From: Hydrolagus colliei
Lineage: Eukaryota
Reading direction: 5' to 3'
Assembly: GCA_035084275.1 (NCBI GenBank)
Contig: CM068742.1
Coordinates: 122,016,001 to 122,080,000 of the forward strand
DNA length: 64,000 bases
In this document: positions 62,399 through 64,000 of the stretch, one piece after another
Layout: the number at the start of each line of letters is the position of its first letter
Numbering within the stretch: position 1 is the first letter of the stretch
Notes under the pieces: generated by a model
The model's database searches: none
What the model was told of the DNA's origin: nothing
What the model saw: only the letters and a program-made list of their open reading frames with translations
Translations under genes and position numbers: made by a program

Positions 62399-63111
62399 CC
62401 GTATATCTCCGCGTATAAGGCGCACTTTTTTGCACGTCGGAAGATCTCGAAAGTTGGGGGTGCGCCCTATACGCAGGTACAAGAAATTTTGAGCCTCGGA
62501 AATACAGTAAACAGGAGGGGCGGCCGGCGCGCTGTCAGCCGGGGATTGGTCAGTGTCCGGCGGGGGTTGGGGGGGAGCGGGTGACGGGGCTTCGGCCTCG
62601 GCCGCCCGGGCAGCGGCAGCAGCAGCGGACTTCAGTGCTGTGCCTGCTGCCTGCCTTCTGCCTAACCCAGTCTGCCTGCCTCACTCCCNNNNNNNNNNNN
62701 NNNNNNNNNNNNNNNNNNNNNNNNNNNNNNNNNNNNNNNNNNNNNNNNNNNNNNNNNNNNNNNNNNNNNNNNNNNNNNNNNNNNNNNNNNNNNNNNNNNN
62801 NNNNNNNNNNNNNNNNNNNNNNNNNNNNNNNNNNNNNNNNNNNNNNNNNNNNNNNNNNNNNNNNNNNNNNNNNCGGCCTGCCTCTCTCCCTCTCTCTCTG
62901 CCTGGCTGCCTGCCTCTCTCCCTCTCTCTCTCCCTGGCTGTCTCCCTGCCTGCCTGCCTCTCTCTCTCCCTACCTACCTGTCTCTCCTGTCTCTCCTCCC
63001 TTCTGCCGGCAATATCATTGAAAATGCTTCCGGTTTTTTTTCACCAAGAAAAGGTCAAAAGTGGGGGTTGCGCCTTACATGCGGGTGCGCCTTATACGCG
63101 GAGATATACGG
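62399..63111. mobile_element. Young Tc1/mariner (pogo/Tc2-like) non-autonomous element spanning an assembly gap
   Basis: Perfect 27-bp TIR CCGTATATCTCCGCGTATAAGGCGCAC with TA on both sides; subterminal repeat of the TIR core; CpG-rich. Confidence 0.92.
62689..62873. other. Assembly gap (185 N)
   Basis: Run of N flanked by low-complexity (ctgc/ctct)n sequence. Confidence 1.
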
Positions 63112-64000
63112 TATATTGGGTTCCAAATTAAGACTAAATTTTAAAAGGTTGTAAGATCATTTTTGGACAAAAATATATCACTGATGTAAATTACAGGACA
63201 TTTCAGGTCTCTTGTGGAAAATCTGCTCCATAGTTAATCAAATATATAATTAGGCACTAGCTATCAGAAATGCAATAATTGTTATCCTATTACTGTATTA
63301 TGATTTACTTGTTTTAATTGGAAGGAGTTCCCTGTGTGGCTTGGATTCCTTACTAAAGGATCTCATTCAACAGAATGCATTTTAGACCCATGCGTGAATG
63401 GAAAAGGCACATTCCATCTGAACAATGAGAAACAGTTTATTACATTGTTTGCACAATTTAACATGCAGATATGTAAGTGTGTCTGTGCTGGGTGGGTGTG
63501 GTGCCTGAATTAAGAGAAAATATTTAATCAGCTTCAAAAACAAAGATGATAATTGGAGTTGAGATATAAATCAACCATGATCTTGTCAAATGGTCAAGCA
63601 GAGTATTTGTCTGTGTATTTGAAAATTTGCCACATGCTCTAAAATGCTGTGTGCTGAAATGCTGAGACCCTGGTGGAATTTCTATCTTGGTATACCTCAA
63701 TCCATGTACTCATAACCAATAACACACCTCTGGGACTGGGTAGTAACTCAATTCCAGATATCTCTGGAGACTCGGAAGGCTGTAGGACCGGTCAACCACA
63801 TGGTACTTCCTGACAAAAGATAAAGACAATAAAGCAGGAGTTGCCTTTACTCAAAGAGTTGCAGGATCTGCTGCAGATGCAGTGAGATATAAGGATATTC
63901 TGTGACATGGCAGCAGGTATGGCACATCTCCTGCACACCCCAGTTTACCACAGAATATTGGAAGGATTAAGAAAGCCCTACTGACTGTGGGAGAAAAATA

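Noticed and set aside
62553-63131. 192-aa and 146-aa ORFs
   Set aside because: They span the N gap and low-complexity sequence inside a MITE.
58400-64000. Betacellulin (BTC) exons expected downstream on the - strand
   Set aside because: No recognisable EGF, TM or tail exon was found; the gene probably lies beyond the window.
1-64000. CRISPR-like or prokaryotic defence system suggested by recurrent short repeats
   Set aside because: The repeats are irregularly spaced SINE/LINE tails in intron-containing vertebrate DNA; there is no repeat-spacer periodicity and no operon-like ORFs.

Overview
Vertebrate genomic DNA, very probably from a cartilaginous fish. That assignment is inferred from the Deu-domain/SacSINE1-like SINEs and the abundant L2 and CR1 LINEs. 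The window holds the tandem EGFR-ligand cluster on the + strand, reconstructed by hand from splice sites: the last coding exon of an epigen-like gene (EPGN, 1128-1182), a complete five-exon epiregulin gene (EREG, CDS 16651-31228, 175 aa) and a complete amphiregulin-position gene (AREG, CDS 51233-56792, 228 aa, plus a 3'UTR exon). The rest is mostly retroelements and MITEs: one near-complete L2 LINE (38131-41227, - strand), many L2/CR1 fragments, tRNA-headed SINEs, and hAT and Tc1/mariner-type MITEs. There is one assembly gap (62689-62873). The most notable observations are: an antisense L2 3'-tail fragment exonised in frame into the EREG cytoplasmic tail; an AREG whose EGF domain and tail look HB-EGF-like, with Leu at the EGF-Leu47 position and Asn replacing the conserved Gly; a 66-nt G:U-tolerant hairpin downstream of EREG; and candidate enhancers around AREG. 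I found no evidence of a wholly new multi-gene system. Comparisons to human proteins and repeat families are from recalled sequences, not database searches. Repeat boundaries are approximate unless a TIR or TSD is quoted.
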